Positions 22,868-35,764 of a stretch of 35,991 bases of DNA are shown in pieces. The stretch comes from Phoronis australis. Its lineage: Eukaryota > Animalia > Phoronida. The notes beneath the pieces were generated by a model. It saw only the letters and a program-made list of their open reading frames with translations, searched no databases and had not been told where the DNA came from. The DNA lies in contig NMRA01000428.1 of assembly GCA_002633005.1 (NCBI GenBank), positions 359,814-395,804 of the forward strand, written 5' to 3'. The stretch's first letter is position 1, and every line of letters starts with the position of its first letter. The position numbers and the translations under genes are program-made.

Positions 22868-24685
22868 TGCGGAGTTGCAACGCGGCCATGTTGGAAATGG
22901 GTCAGAATGTTGCATTGTGGTTAAGCCGGTAAACAAGTACGTCCACAAGCGCGTGGGCGAGCCGGCCACAGGGAGGTTATACGTGTTGTGTGCCTGGCAT
23001 GCTATAATACCACTTATCGGGATAAAAAATTCAGTTACTGCCTGTTTCCCATGGATCAAGAACTGCGTTTAACATGGGTCAGAGACATCGTTAAAGCTGG
23101 TGGCAAAGGCCGATTTCGTGAATTCTTTCCGACTTCGTAGCATAAACTGCAGCGCTCATTCTGAGGGCGGCAAGAAAACGTATCTTGGAAACTGCCCAAC
23201 AATATCTCCCTTGAAAGAAACAGTAAAAAATTCTCCACGGTACGCACACTATAACGCGCGCGTGCAGAATATTATTGTTTACTTTCTACAAAATAGTGGT
23301 GCATTGCTATCAAAAGTCGTTGTTAAATTACGATCATTTTTCATCAAATTGTGTTGAAGTCCCAGGGCGAAATCTCGCCGACAAATGTGTAGCTGCCGGT
23401 CTCGCAATCGTCTATAGGGCATGAATTCTTGAATAAGACTACAGCTTCGACTCAACAAATTACCTGAAATCCTCCCCAAGGTTTCCAAATAGCGGCTCTA
23501 AGATTTTTAAGTTCTTGTGGAATCTGGATTAACTGCAGATTAAGTCCAAATCTTCGCTAGATTGAAGCCCGCAACACGAGAAAAATCGCTGGAGGAAAAC
23601 ACGTGTTGTTGTCACGTGATGTTTGTTTTGAAGTTTGTATGCGTGTGTGTGTCAGTAAACGTTCGTGTGCTTGTCATCAGAGTTCCTTTGTCAGAGTAAG
23701 TGCGATGTAGTGATCTAGGTGTGCATTGTATCTATAGAAATTATCTGAAGCAGTCAAGCAGAGCGTGGTTTTAATATTCAGCTTAGCACTTGATGGCCTC
23801 ATCTGCTAAAAAACGTTCGAGAATTTTTTCGGTGAGACCGATATGTCACTCATTGAGTCGCCGGGTGAGAGGATGCGTGACCGTAGTGTAACAGCTATTT
23901 TCCGGAAGATTTGGGGTGTAAGGGTGCGAACGTATTCACTATTAGTGGGTCATTTTGACTTTAAAAACCCCAATTATGATTAGTTAAATAATTTATCTTA
24001 AAATCAATGCAAAAGTTTTTTACGGTATAAAAATTTTGGAAATTAGTGCCAATATTTATTCCTTGCCGATGCTTATGCAGCGCGCGCTTCTTGGCCGCGT
24101 GCTAACACTGGTCGGGTTTTTTCGATTCACGGTTTTCACGTGTACAAAGAAGTTTGGATTCCTGTTGAGGCCGGAGAAGATCTGTACCTGAAAAAAAAAA
24201 AATAATTCAATCCCACTGACAAGTACGTTTCGTCTCTTTTCAAAGTCCAGACCCGCGTAGTGGGGCACATCCCTCGCAAGAGCAGCAAAACTTCTGCGTT
24301 CTTTTTGAATCGCAGCGTAAGTTTGAAGTGAAAACGAACATAACGGTGAGGCTCGTGGTCTGCAAATTCAGGACTGTCTGATCTTTCAATTGATAAATTG
24401 GAGACGCAAGAACTGTAGTTAAGGGCATTTTTCGCATGTAGTTCATGGGCTGGGCGCTTACTTTAGCAAAGTCTGAAAACGCGTCGGGGCACTTGTTGGG
24501 GCATGGGCGCTTATTAGGGCGAATAGCGGCAGAATTACATGCAGCAGCGTAGTTTAATGCACACAAATCACACGTCATGCAAACCAATCGGCCATTCCAT
24601 GTACCCTAATCAATCCCAATAGCTTTTGCGCACCCTAATTTCCGGACATGCGCAATCGTTAAATCGATTTGGTTGCAACTCCGCT
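22868..24685. mobile_element. Non-autonomous ISL2EU-like DNA transposon (different family, 1818 bp)
   Basis: TIRs TGCGGAGTTGCAAC / GTTGCAACTCCGCT; AT at 22866-22867 and 24686-24687; THAP relic just inside the left end. Confidence 0.82.
22971..23245 (+). pseudogene. THAP domain relic of a PHIS (DDE_Tnp_4-type) transposase
   Basis: GGYTCCVPG-CYNTTYRDKKFSYCLFPMDQELRLTWVRDIVKAGGKGRFREFFPTS*HK-CSAHSEGGKKTYLGNCPTISP: full C2CH THAP plus an AVPTIF-like box, with two frameshifts. Confidence 0.88.
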
Positions 24686-25501
24686 ATTGTAACGCATTGT
24701 GACGTCATTGGGTTTTTACAATGACAAATCGAAACCTGGAAAAACCGGCCACGTCCCGAAACTTTGCACAGTCTCAAAGGTACCTTGATACAAGATGGCA
24801 GCAAATAAGGAATTTGGGCGAGGATTTTACCTGAGTGGTGAAGAAAAGGAAAAGGTGGGAATCATTTCATTATCTCACCTGTGTGTACCTTTTTAACTGT
24901 TTGTTTATTTGACCTTGAATACCTACATGTACATTACTACCGACTGCTGTTAACCTGTTAGTCTATACATGTATCTTCGTTACCAATAAGAAGATCGAAA
25001 CCAGTAGCGACTAAAAAATTGCTTCATGTTATCGTGTAGTTGAATATGACACAGTACAGCACTTTTTCATTTTTCACCTTGGGTATCGTAACTTAGTCTT
25101 AACACCCTGCTTTAGTGCATATATATGGTGCCACTGTTTGTTACACTATTTAAAACTTAGACAAAGGTTGTTAAGCCAGTTTTCATAGCCATGTTGACGT
25201 TGTGGACTTTGTGGTCCCTTGTGTCTTCTAATACGACCAAACATTTACACGTAATAAGTTTGCATTGGTGAGTTGAAATGATCTGCAGGAGAATACATCG
25301 GTGCATCAAAGTACATGTAGATGGCACGATTCTTCTATTAAAATAATTTTAGAAACTGTGTTAGATCGTACATTTCAAAATTAATGCACAAAAGGTTTTG
25401 ATCTGGCTGCAGTACTGACTGTAGAGGTGTGAAACGCACATGTAATTGGTGGGATACATGTATTTTGTGGTCGGATATATTCTACAGTGAAGTATCTGCG
25501 T

Positions 25502-25685
25502 GTTTTCTTACACGAATGATGTAAGGGCTTAAAAACAAACGTAAGTTAAGAATAACGTAAAGTAACATGTGTTTATTCACATTGTAACGCACACACATAT
25601 ATATATGTGAATAAACACATGTTACTTTACGTTAATATTAACTTACGTTTGTTTTTAAGCCCTTACATCATTCGTGTAAGAAAAC
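25502..25685. repeat. Near-perfect long inverted repeat (hairpin), ~81-bp arms, ~22-bp loop
   Basis: GTTTTCTTACACGAATGATGTAAGGG...GTTTATTCACAT (25502-25582) pairs with ATGTGAATAAAC...CCCTTACATCATTCGTGTAAGAAAAC (25605-25685) with 2 mismatches. The loop contains (CA)n(TA)n. Confidence 0.95.
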
Positions 25686-25856
25686 TATCTATATCTGTAC
25701 ACTATTAAGAAGTTTGGGGTCCAAAGTTTAGAAAAACCGAGCCAAGGTAAAAATATTATATAGCTTTAAAGCGTCATTGTTTACTTGAATGATGTTGCAG
25801 AAGACAAGAATATCGGTGCATCGTAGTTTGAGTTTCCTCATCAGTTAACGTTCTGG

Positions 25857-25967
25857 TATAAATGAGCGTCCCAGGCTAGGAATGTTCAGAGGTGTTAATA
25901 CCCTGTGCCTTGTATAAATGAGCGTCATAAGTTATGAATGTTCGAAGATGTTGATACCCTGTGCCCG
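25857..25967 (+). repeat. Two tandem copies of a ~56-bp unit
   Basis: TATAAATGAGCGTC...GAATGTTC...TGTT.ATACCCTGTGCC repeated twice. Confidence 0.75.
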
Positions 25968-27046
25968 GCTGCACGAAGCAGTCGTAGTAGGAATTCAACC
26001 AAGTTCCCTAAATCTATTTCGCATTTTATTCAGATGCTGTATTCTCACTAATTAAATATTCGTTATTAGGGGCAGTGGGTGGCACGCACACGCTGCACGT
26101 AGGATCAGTACACCACCGTTATCGTTTTAACGTACATGTAGCGCATACATGTACATATAGTAGGTTATCGTATAGCTGGTGTGACGTACATTATAGCCGC
26201 AGTAATGTAGGAGATAGAAGGGGCGACAGTTCAACGGACCCGGGCATTCACTATAAATATTTTGTTTGGATTTTTTACTGATTTTAATTAAATTGAATTT
26301 AGTTTATACTTCAAGTTCCAGTTTTGCTTAGTACTAGGGTCCATGCGTTTGAGTAGAGAAAGGACATTCATTAAAAAAATCCCCGGACATCACCAAATTG
26401 CTGGACGCTACTGTGTAGACAGCAGATATACTTTTCATTTTTCACCTAGCGTACCGTAGTCTTGGCTGGTTTGTAGCGCATAAAAACGTAGACGATGTCG
26501 GTAATATAACACTAGGAGCTTAGTACTGGCTAATGAATACAGGTGTATGCTGCCTCGTCAGACTGCTTGAAAAGGTTGAAAAGGTTAACAAACCCAGTTT
26601 ACTGAAAACCATTATATCTATGTTGACATTGTGGTTCCATTGTGTTTCTGCTCCACAAAACATGTACATGTACATTGGCGAGTTGTGATTATCTGTATCA
26701 AAATACATCCGTGCGTCAAATTATAAGCATGCCCATTATCTTCGAAGTTCGTCCATTTCTGTGTGACGTCACTGTGTACACTACTACATGTAGATATAGT
26801 AATATTAGCTTTTGAACGTATTTGGTATTTGGCGGGTTAACCGAATTTTGGAACAAACTTGACCACTACGTTTACCCCCTCAAACTGCGAGGTTATATTG
26901 AAAAGCATTGATGTCTTGAAAATAGTTTCCATCGCATCTCTCGTTCACAGTATTCAAAATAAGTCTGAAATCGTTGAGATTGCACACTTGGAGCTAAGAA
27001 CTAGTTCCCTATGCCACTAAGATGTCGGTCTCTGGGTACATGATCT

Positions 27047-30000
27047 ATTCATAATAAACAGTGCTTTTGTGTCGCAAAAGTTCCATAGCGCGTGCGTTTG
27101 ACAATAACATTTCCCTTTGGCAACCAGCCCAAACTTCATTGTGAGATTTAGTGCAGTGAAAGTACATGTGGGATGTGACAAAACTGTTCAGTCGTTCTGG
27201 CTTTCAAGGTAAGATTGATACCAATTGTTGAAGGGGTGTTGCTTGGAAGTTGGAACCGAGTATCCCCAAAGGTCAAAGGACGGGCACCGAGTTTTAGTAT
27301 GTCTAAAAAATGAAATCCGCCGATTGATCGTTTGAATATGCCATACTGGTGAAATGTTATTGCGGATCAAAGGAACCTAGTTGATTCCTTCAAATTCGTT
27401 ACAAAAGATGAATGTCCGATTTGGAAACAAAATTGTGTATACGGACCTAGTTGCTTGAAGGTATCTAGTTTGATTGTTTGTCCTTGATGTCTCTTGTTGT
27501 TTTGCTTCGTAACTCCCCGCCTGGAGATAAGGGATTGTATAGACTACGATCAGGTATACATGTATACTGATGATCAGTGATCTGTCTAATAAAAAGTAAA
27601 GTGTCTCCAACCAAGTTTGTATCAATGAAGGGCTGCTACCGAACTATATTGACCTGAAGGTCTACTTATATATACATTATGTAACGTCATACGTCTTACT
27701 GAAAGTTGGCTTCATATTAAGACAGATTCATCAACGTGGAAATAGTGAAACTAAACTTTGAGTTCATAGTGCATGTTTGAGGAAGGTCAGCTCAGAACTG
27801 TGTTATCCTCTGTGTAGTTTATTCCCATATTACCGACTCAGATCACGAGTGTAAAAACTTATTAAAAGAAGGAGCGTGCGTTCACTAGCGATAGGAAATA
27901 CGCTAGGACCTAGCAAAAATCTAACCAAACTTACGTGATTGCATTCAAAACACACGGCACTACGTGTATCTCACGTAACCCCTTGAAGTCTTGCTTTTTG
28001 CGAGGTCCTAGCGTTACTGAACGAGAAGCAAGTCGTGGTTCCGTACGTGTTAACTTGTGTATGAGGCGAATATTCATATCTTGATCGAAGCTACACTCGA
28101 GTTGCAGACTGTAGCCTAACGGTGTATTCTGTGATGAGTATCAACCGAAAGAAGTTGCGTGAGTTGCTTACATTTGTAGCCAGTGACATGCGACTGAAGG
28201 AGTCAGTATTCACTCATTTAATTATGGGGGTAAAGTATCCGAATATGCTGACAAGCTGAACATATTTTTACTTTCGCCGAGAGAATAAGAACGCATAAGG
28301 TAGTCCGTATCTTGACCCGTTCCAGTGCCGCTTCCTATTTTGTAAATAAAACTGGAACGATTAATTGAGGTTACAGCCTTGGGTCACGTTCTTTCACTAA
28401 GTTTTTGTATACCTTTGTCAGCTCATGAAAGCAAAGAAAACAGCTGCTCACTGATCAGTACACACGCTCCATGGCCATTACGTGTTGTGCAAGCTCGTGG
28501 TCCTAAGCAAATCGATGTTTTTCATGCTGTGTGCCTAGAACGCTTTACTTGTGTTACTGGGTCAAATGTGCCAAGTTCATATTTTACGAACGCCTCAAAT
28601 AGCTGCACTCGGTACGCGACTGTCGCTGCCATATTGTCCAGCAGACGTTTTGATTTTTTAATGTAAAGCAATGTACCCTGGTACTTGTCTTTACCTGTTA
28701 CGTATTGAAATCAAAATGAAAATAACGAAACAGACGATTACAATCAACAAACAAACAAACACGTACATTTAGGCTAGTTGTGCACTGCCCTTACATGTAT
28801 ACAGTACTGCGGGTATATACATGTATGAACATGAAACCATTCAGTACATGTGCATCCGTGCATGTTTCGATCTAAGCAATAAAGTTGTCTAAGATCAGAA
28901 GTAAGGTCTGTAACGAATGTCACGTTGCTATGACAACAAGGACTCTTACGAACAAAATAACCGAACATTCCTAAGATGCCAAAAGTGCCTTGTTCAATTA
29001 TTCGATAGAATCAAACCATTCTATTGCTTCTAATGACGTAAAAATTCTAGACCATGACATGAGTTGAACTAACCTGTTAACAGGTGGAGCCACTGAACTA
29101 CATGCTGGGTACAGCTTGAGTAGGAACATTGGGGCTTTCAACATTCGGTAGTTGATTCTTGAGTTCAGTTCACTGGTAGCTCTTCTTGTCACTTGTTTTA
29201 TGCGCTTTGATGTAAAGTTGCTTCATTGTGAAGTGGTGTGGAGCATGTCTCATACCTGATGATGATTTAAGGTATTAGATCGAAACGTTGATCATGAACA
29301 TGGTTATCATTTCCAGAGTTAGCGTCATATTAGGCTTATATACATGTATACATACACTTAATTCAAGGAGAGCACATGTAACTGAGTAGAGGCGTAACCG
29401 CAGTTTAGTTTTTCGCGCCTTGATCCGTCGTAAGTCACATTGTCAACAAGTTGACACATTCCAATCTGCAAGTCAGAATTTTTCTGTCCAAACAACCCCA
29501 GGTCTACGTTTTTTTTTAAGTGACATAAAAGTCCATTTTGGTATTTTATTGGTGATTGTTTTTCAAACTAAACTTAAAGGCATTTCTGACCTCTGAGTTT
29601 TGCAAATAATTTATTGGCTTTATCATCACTACGCAGTGAAAATGAAGACATCCGTCAGGGGTATAAGGCATTAAATTTATACAAACCATATGCTAGTATA
29701 TAACAATTCTTTACATGATTAACCAATGATTTTACTTATCGACCCTAATTATTCAACCATTTTAACAATGCATATGACTGACAAGAGTTTATAACTGTAA
29801 TTGCAAAGCTATATCGTGTAAAGCCAAACGCGATTCTAAATCTTATACGATTTCGATCAGTCTTCTTCCACTGTTCCTTTCACCAGTTTGTGGATCACAT
29901 TTGACAGAGGGAGTTTGCGACTGACAGTATGGAATCCGGTGTAAAAATATGATATAAATTCATTTTGAGATGGGAGCCGAAAAAAAGCAGATTTGCGATG

Positions 30001-31365
30001 GAGAGGCTTCGATGAAAGTTCACCTTTTGGAGGTAGACTTACGTAGGAATTGATGGACAGCCGCGTTTTTATCTTTTGATTCCTGAAACAGCTCAAAAGT
30101 GAGTTCACCTTTTGGACCCTTGGTTTATAAAAATAACATTTCTGTTGCTGTTTGAAATTAGAAACAGGCTCCCTGTTTTTCTAGTTAAGTCTCGTACTTC
30201 GAGGTAATCCATTTGGCGGAAAATGAATGGGAAAGAAATTTTGTCGCCAAATGAAGCAACCTCTTTCGTAAAGATTTTGGTTGTAAAATTGCAAGAAATG
30301 GCAGTGACATGTCCCGTCAGTCCTCGCTCCCCGTCATCAGGTATACATGTAGTTTACGTTTTCGAAGGACAGGTTTCGCTATTTATGTGTTCGCGTTCGT
30401 TCACTTCAGTGAGTGTCGTTCTAGGAAAGATATACAAAAAACAATTTGCAAGTTTAAAAGAACGCGTTACCACACCAAGTAGCCTGAATCAAGGTCTTCG
30501 CAAAGTTCGTGTTTTGAAACTTTAATTACTCTATCTTCCTTTCTTAGTTAACAATGATTGAATTTGTCAACTGTAACTCGTATTAGGATCTGAATTCCAA
30601 TTTTATGTTTAGTCCAGTCAAATGATACTTGGAGCGCCCTCTTTAGCTAACTTGTCAAAATTCGTAGACATAACCACACTGGCTATACATGTAAGTTCAT
30701 TATACATTGTATCTAACATTGACTCTCATGTTGACGTTGACCCTAATCAAGTGCTGGAACCACTGACAATTTGTACTGTAGGAACTGCATGTCTAATGGT
30801 TGTCTGATTGACGTACGTACATGTATGTCCATGAAGATTGTAAAACATAATGTTTAGGCCGTCTTACCAGGTGACAGAATGAACGTGATTATTCATTATC
30901 ACAAGATAAAGTCACGTAACGTTCTCATGAAGCAAGATTCCAGCAGGGAAATATTGCAGCCAGGTGTATTGTTGTTTATAAATTCACGAATCATATGGAC
31001 GTCCCTGTTCTCCGAATTAGCGTTATATCAGGGTTCGATTCTGCACCCAGACAGAATTCAGAAGCTCACTTTAAATTTCTTGCGAATGTTTCCACTTGAG
31101 TTATGGCGACATAGCGAGGTGGTTATATCTATAACGACAACCAATGCCTTTTCACGTTTCCACGTGTACGTATAACGTGCTGACTTTCGAAGAGATCGAT
31201 GTTGGCAAGAGTTTTAATTGCAACTGATTAGATAAAAATTCACTTGTCATCAGCCAGTAGGCTAAACGTTTAACAAGAGGTCACTCAAACAGTTATTGGG
31301 ACAGTCGGTGCTTGTTGCACGTGTATGTATGGGGATATAGGAACGCAGATACAAGTAGAGGCCTA
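27047..31365 (+). repeat. Copy A of a ~4.3 kb direct duplication
   Basis: Colinear with 31442-35764 from ATTCATAATAAACAGTG to CAAGTAGAGGCCTA, with scattered SNPs and small indels. Confidence 0.97.
27872..28030. mobile_element. MITE, GCTAGGACCTAGC family
   Basis: GCGTGCGTTCACTAGCG...CGCTAGGACCTAGC...GGTCCTAGCGTTACTGAACG; homologous to 13241-13397. Confidence 0.8.
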
Positions 31366-31441
31366 TAGTCGGTGGGCCAGATTTTGTAGGGCCTCTAGAA
31401 AATGGTTTTTGTGAGTACTTTAGGGGGGCAATTTTATTTTN

Positions 31442-34400
31442 ATTCATAATAAACAGTGCTTTTGTGTCGCAAAAGTTCCATAGCGCGTGCGTTTGACAAT
31501 AACATTTCCCTTTGGCAAACAGCCCAAACTTCATTGTGAGATTTAGTGCAGTGAAAGTACATGTGGGATGTGACAAAACTGTTCAGTCGTTCTGGCTTTC
31601 AAGGTAAGATTGATACCAATTGTTGAAGGGGTGTTGCTTGGAACCGAGTATCCCCAAAGGTCAAAGGACGGGCACCGAGTTTTAGTATGTCTAAAAAATG
31701 AAATCCGCCGATTGATCGTTTGAATATGCCATACTGGTGAAATATTATTGCGGATCAAAGGAACCTAGTTGATTCCTTCAAATTCGTTACAAAAGATGAA
31801 TGTCCGATTTGGAAACAAAATTGTGTATACGGACCTAGTTGCTTGAAGGTATCTATTTTGATTGTTTGTCCTTTATGTCTCTTGTTGTTTTGCTTCGTAA
31901 CTCCCCGCCTGGAGATAGGGGATTGTATAGAGGCTACGATCAAGTATATATTGATCTGTCTAATAAAAAGTGAAGTCGTGCCTTCAACCAAGTTTGTATC
32001 AATGAAGGGCTGCTACCGAACTATATTGACCTGAAGGTCTACTTATATATACATTATGTAACGTCATACGTCTTACTGAAAGTTGGCTTCATATTAAGAC
32101 AGATTCATCAACGTGGAAATAGTGAAACTAAACTTTGAGTTCATAGTGCATGTTTGAGGAAGGTCAGCTCAGAACAGTGTTATCCTATGCATAGTTTATT
32201 CCCATTTTACCGGCTCTGATTACGAGTGTAAAAAGTTATTAAAAGACTGAGCATGCGTTCACTAGCGCTAGGAAATACGCTAGGACCTAGCAAAAATCTA
32301 ACCAAGCTTACGTGATTGCATTCAAAATACACGGCACTACGTGTATCTCACGTAACCCCTCGAAGTCTTGCTTTTTGCGAGGTCCTAGCGTTACTGAACG
32401 AGAGGCAAGTCGTGGTTCCGTACGTGTTAACTTGTGTATGAGGCGAATATTCATATCTTGATCGAAGCTACACTCGAGTTGCAGATTGTAGCCTAACGTT
32501 GTATTCTGTGACGAGTATCAACCGAAAGAAGTTGTGTGAGTTGCTTACATTTGTAGCCAGTGACATGCGACTGAAGGAGTCAGTATTCACTCCTTTAAGT
32601 ATGGGGGTAAAGTATCCGAATATGCTGACAAGCTGAACATATTTTTACTTTCGCCGAGAGAATAAGAACGCATAAGGTAGTCCGTATCTTGACCCGTTAC
32701 AGTGCCGCTTCCTATTTTGTAAACAAAACTGGAACGATTAATTGACTCGGTTACAGCCTTGGGTCACGTTCTTTCACTAAGTTTTTGTATACCTTTGTCA
32801 GCTCATGAAAGCAAAGAAAACAGCTGCTCACTGATCAGTGCACACGCTCCATGGCAATTACGTGTTGTGCAAGCTCGTGGTCCTAAGCAAATCGATGTTT
32901 TTCATGCTGTGTGCCTAGAACGCTTTACTTGTGTTACTGGGTCAAATGTGCCAAGTTCATATTTTACGAACGCCTCAAATAGCTGCACTCGGTACGCGAC
33001 TGTCGCTGCCATATTGTCCAGCTGACGTTTTGATTTTTTTAATGTAAAGCGATGTACCCTGGTACTTGTCTTTACCTGTTACGTATTGAAATCAAAATGA
33101 AAATAACGAAACAGCCAATTACAATCAACAAACAAACACGTACATTTAGGCTAGTTGTGCACTGCCCTTATACAGTACTGCGGGTACATATGAACATGAA
33201 ACCATTCAGTACATGTGCATCCGTGCATGTTTCGATCTAAGCAATAAAGTTGTCTAAGATCAGAAGTAAGGTCTGTAACGAATGTCACGTTGCTATGACA
33301 ACGAGGACTCTTACGAACAAAATAACCGAACATTCCTAAGACGCCAAAAGTGCCTTGTTCAATTATTCGATAGAATCAAACCATTCTATTGTTTCTAATG
33401 ACGTAAAGATTCTAGACCATGACATGAGTTGAACTAACCTGTTAACAGGTGGAGCCACTGAGCTACATGCTGGGTACAGCTTGAGTAGGAACATTGGGGC
33501 TTTCAACATTCGATAGTTGATTCTTGAGTTCAGTTCACTGGTAGCTCTTCTTGTCAATTGTTTTATGCGCTTTGATGTAAAGTTGCTTCATTGTGAAGTG
33601 GTGTGGAGCATGTCTCATACATGATGATGATTTAAGGTATTAGATCGAAACGTTGATCATGAACATGGTTATCACTTCCGAAGTTAGCGTCCTATTAGGC
33701 TTATATATACATACACTTAATTCAAGGAGAGCACATGTAACTGAGTAGAGGCGTAACCGCAGTTTTAGTTTTTCGTGCCTTGATCCGTCACTCACCAATT
33801 ACCATGTAAGTCACATTGTCAACAAGTTGACACATTCCAATCTGCAAGTCAGAATTTTTCTGTCCAAACAACCCCAGGTCTACGGTTTTTTTTAAAGTGA
33901 CATAAAAGTCCTTTTTGGTATTTTATTGGTGATTGTTTTTCAAACTAAACTTAAAGGCATTTCTGACCTCTGGTTTTTGCAAATAATTTATTGTCTTTAT
34001 CATCACTACGCAGTAAAAATGAAGACATCCGTCAGGGATACAAGGCATTAAATTTATGCAAACCATATGCTAGTATATAACAATTCTTTACATGATTAAC
34101 CAATGATTTTACTTATCGACCTAATTATTCAACCATTTTAACAATGCATATGACTGACAAGAGTTTATAACTGTAATTGCAAAGCTATATCGTGTAAAGC
34201 CAAACACGATTCTAAATCTTATACGATTTCGATCAGGCTTCTTCCACTGTTCCTTTCACCAGTTTGTTGATCACATTTGACAGAGGGAGTTTGCGACTGA
34301 CAGTATGGAATCCGGTGTAAAAATATGATATAAATTCATTTTGAGATGGGAACTGAGATGGGAGCCGAAAAAAAGCAGATTTGCGATGGAGAGGCTTCGA

Positions 34401-35764
34401 TGAAAAATCACCTTTTGGAGGTAGACTTTCGTAGGAATTGATGGACAGCCGCGTTTTTATCTTTTGATTCCTGAAACAGCTCAAAAGTGAGTTCACCTTT
34501 TGGACCCTTGATTTATAAAAATAACATTTCTGTTGCTGTTTGAAATTAGAAACAGGCTCCCTGTTTTTCTAGTTAAGTCTCGTAGTTCGAGGTAATCCAT
34601 TTGGCGGAAAATGAATGGGAAAGAAATTTTGTCGCCAAATGAAGCAACCCTCTTTCGTAAAGATTTTGGTTGTAAAATTGCAAGAAATGGCAGTGACATG
34701 TCCCGTCAGTCCTCGCTCCCCGTCATCAGGTATACATGTAGTTTACGTTTTCGAAGGACAGGTTTCGCTATTTATGTGTTCGCGTTCGTTCACTTCAGTG
34801 AGTGTCGTTCTAGGAAAGATATACAAAAAACAATTTGGTACAAGTTTAAAAGAACGCGTTACCACACCAAGTAGCCCGAATCAAGGTCTTTGCAAAGTTC
34901 GTGTTTTGAAACTTTAATTACTCTATCTTCCTTTCTTAGTTAACAATGATTGAATTTGTCAACTGTAACTCGTATTAGGATCTGAATTCCAATTTTATGT
35001 TTAGTCCAGTCAAATGATACTTGGAGCGCCCTCTTTAGCTAACTTGTCAAAATTCGTAGACATAACCATACTGGCAAAGTCCATTATACATTGTATCTAC
35101 ATGTAACATTGACTCTCATGTTGACATTGACCCGAATCAAGTGCTGGAACCACTGACAATGTGTACTGTAGGAACTGTGTGTCTAATGATTGTCTGATTC
35201 ACGTACGTACATGTATGTTCATGAAGATTGTAAAACATAATGTTTAGGCCGTCTTACCAGGTGACAGAATGAACGTAATTATTCATTATCACAATATAAA
35301 GTCATGTAACGTTCTCATGAAGCAAGATTCCAGCAGGGAAAGATTGCAACCACTCGTAGCAAGGTGTATTGTTGTTTATAAATTCGCTAATCATAGGGAC
35401 GTCCCTGTTCTCGGAATTAGCGTTATATCAGGGTTCGATTCTGCACCCAGACAGAATTCAGAAGCTCACTTTAAATTCCTTGCCTATGTTTCCACTTGAA
35501 TTATGCGACATGGCGAGGTGGTTATATCTGTAACGACAACCAATGCGTTTCCACGTTTCCACGTGAACGTATAACGTGCTGACTTTCGAAGAGATCTATG
35601 TTGGCAAGAGTTTTAATTGCAACTGATTAGGTAAAAATTCACTTGTCATCAGCCAGTAGGCTAAACTTTTAACATTGTGGCACTCAAACAGTTATTGGGA
35701 CAGTCGGTGGTTGTTGCACGTGTATGCATGGGAATATAGGAACTCAGAGACAAGTAGAGGCCTA
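31442..35764 (+). repeat. Copy B of the ~4.3 kb direct duplication (starts right after the single-N junction at 31441)
   Basis: Colinear with 27047-31365; begins exactly at a contig start. Confidence 0.97.
32249..32407. mobile_element. MITE, GCTAGGACCTAGC family (duplicate of 27872-28030)
   Basis: Same inverted ends and body as the copy at 27872. Confidence 0.8.

Noticed and set aside
28379-29192. ORFs conserved between the two duplicate copies (95/88 aa, 64 aa)
   Set aside because: Conservation is explained by the recent duplication or allelism; one has a premature stop in copy B and none has a recognisable domain.
29857-30525. Possible LINE RT motif (GIKR*KRGCPSIP resembling GIRQGCPLSP) on the minus strand
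   Set aside because: A single weak motif with stops and no flanking RT motifs; the copies differ by frameshifting indels.
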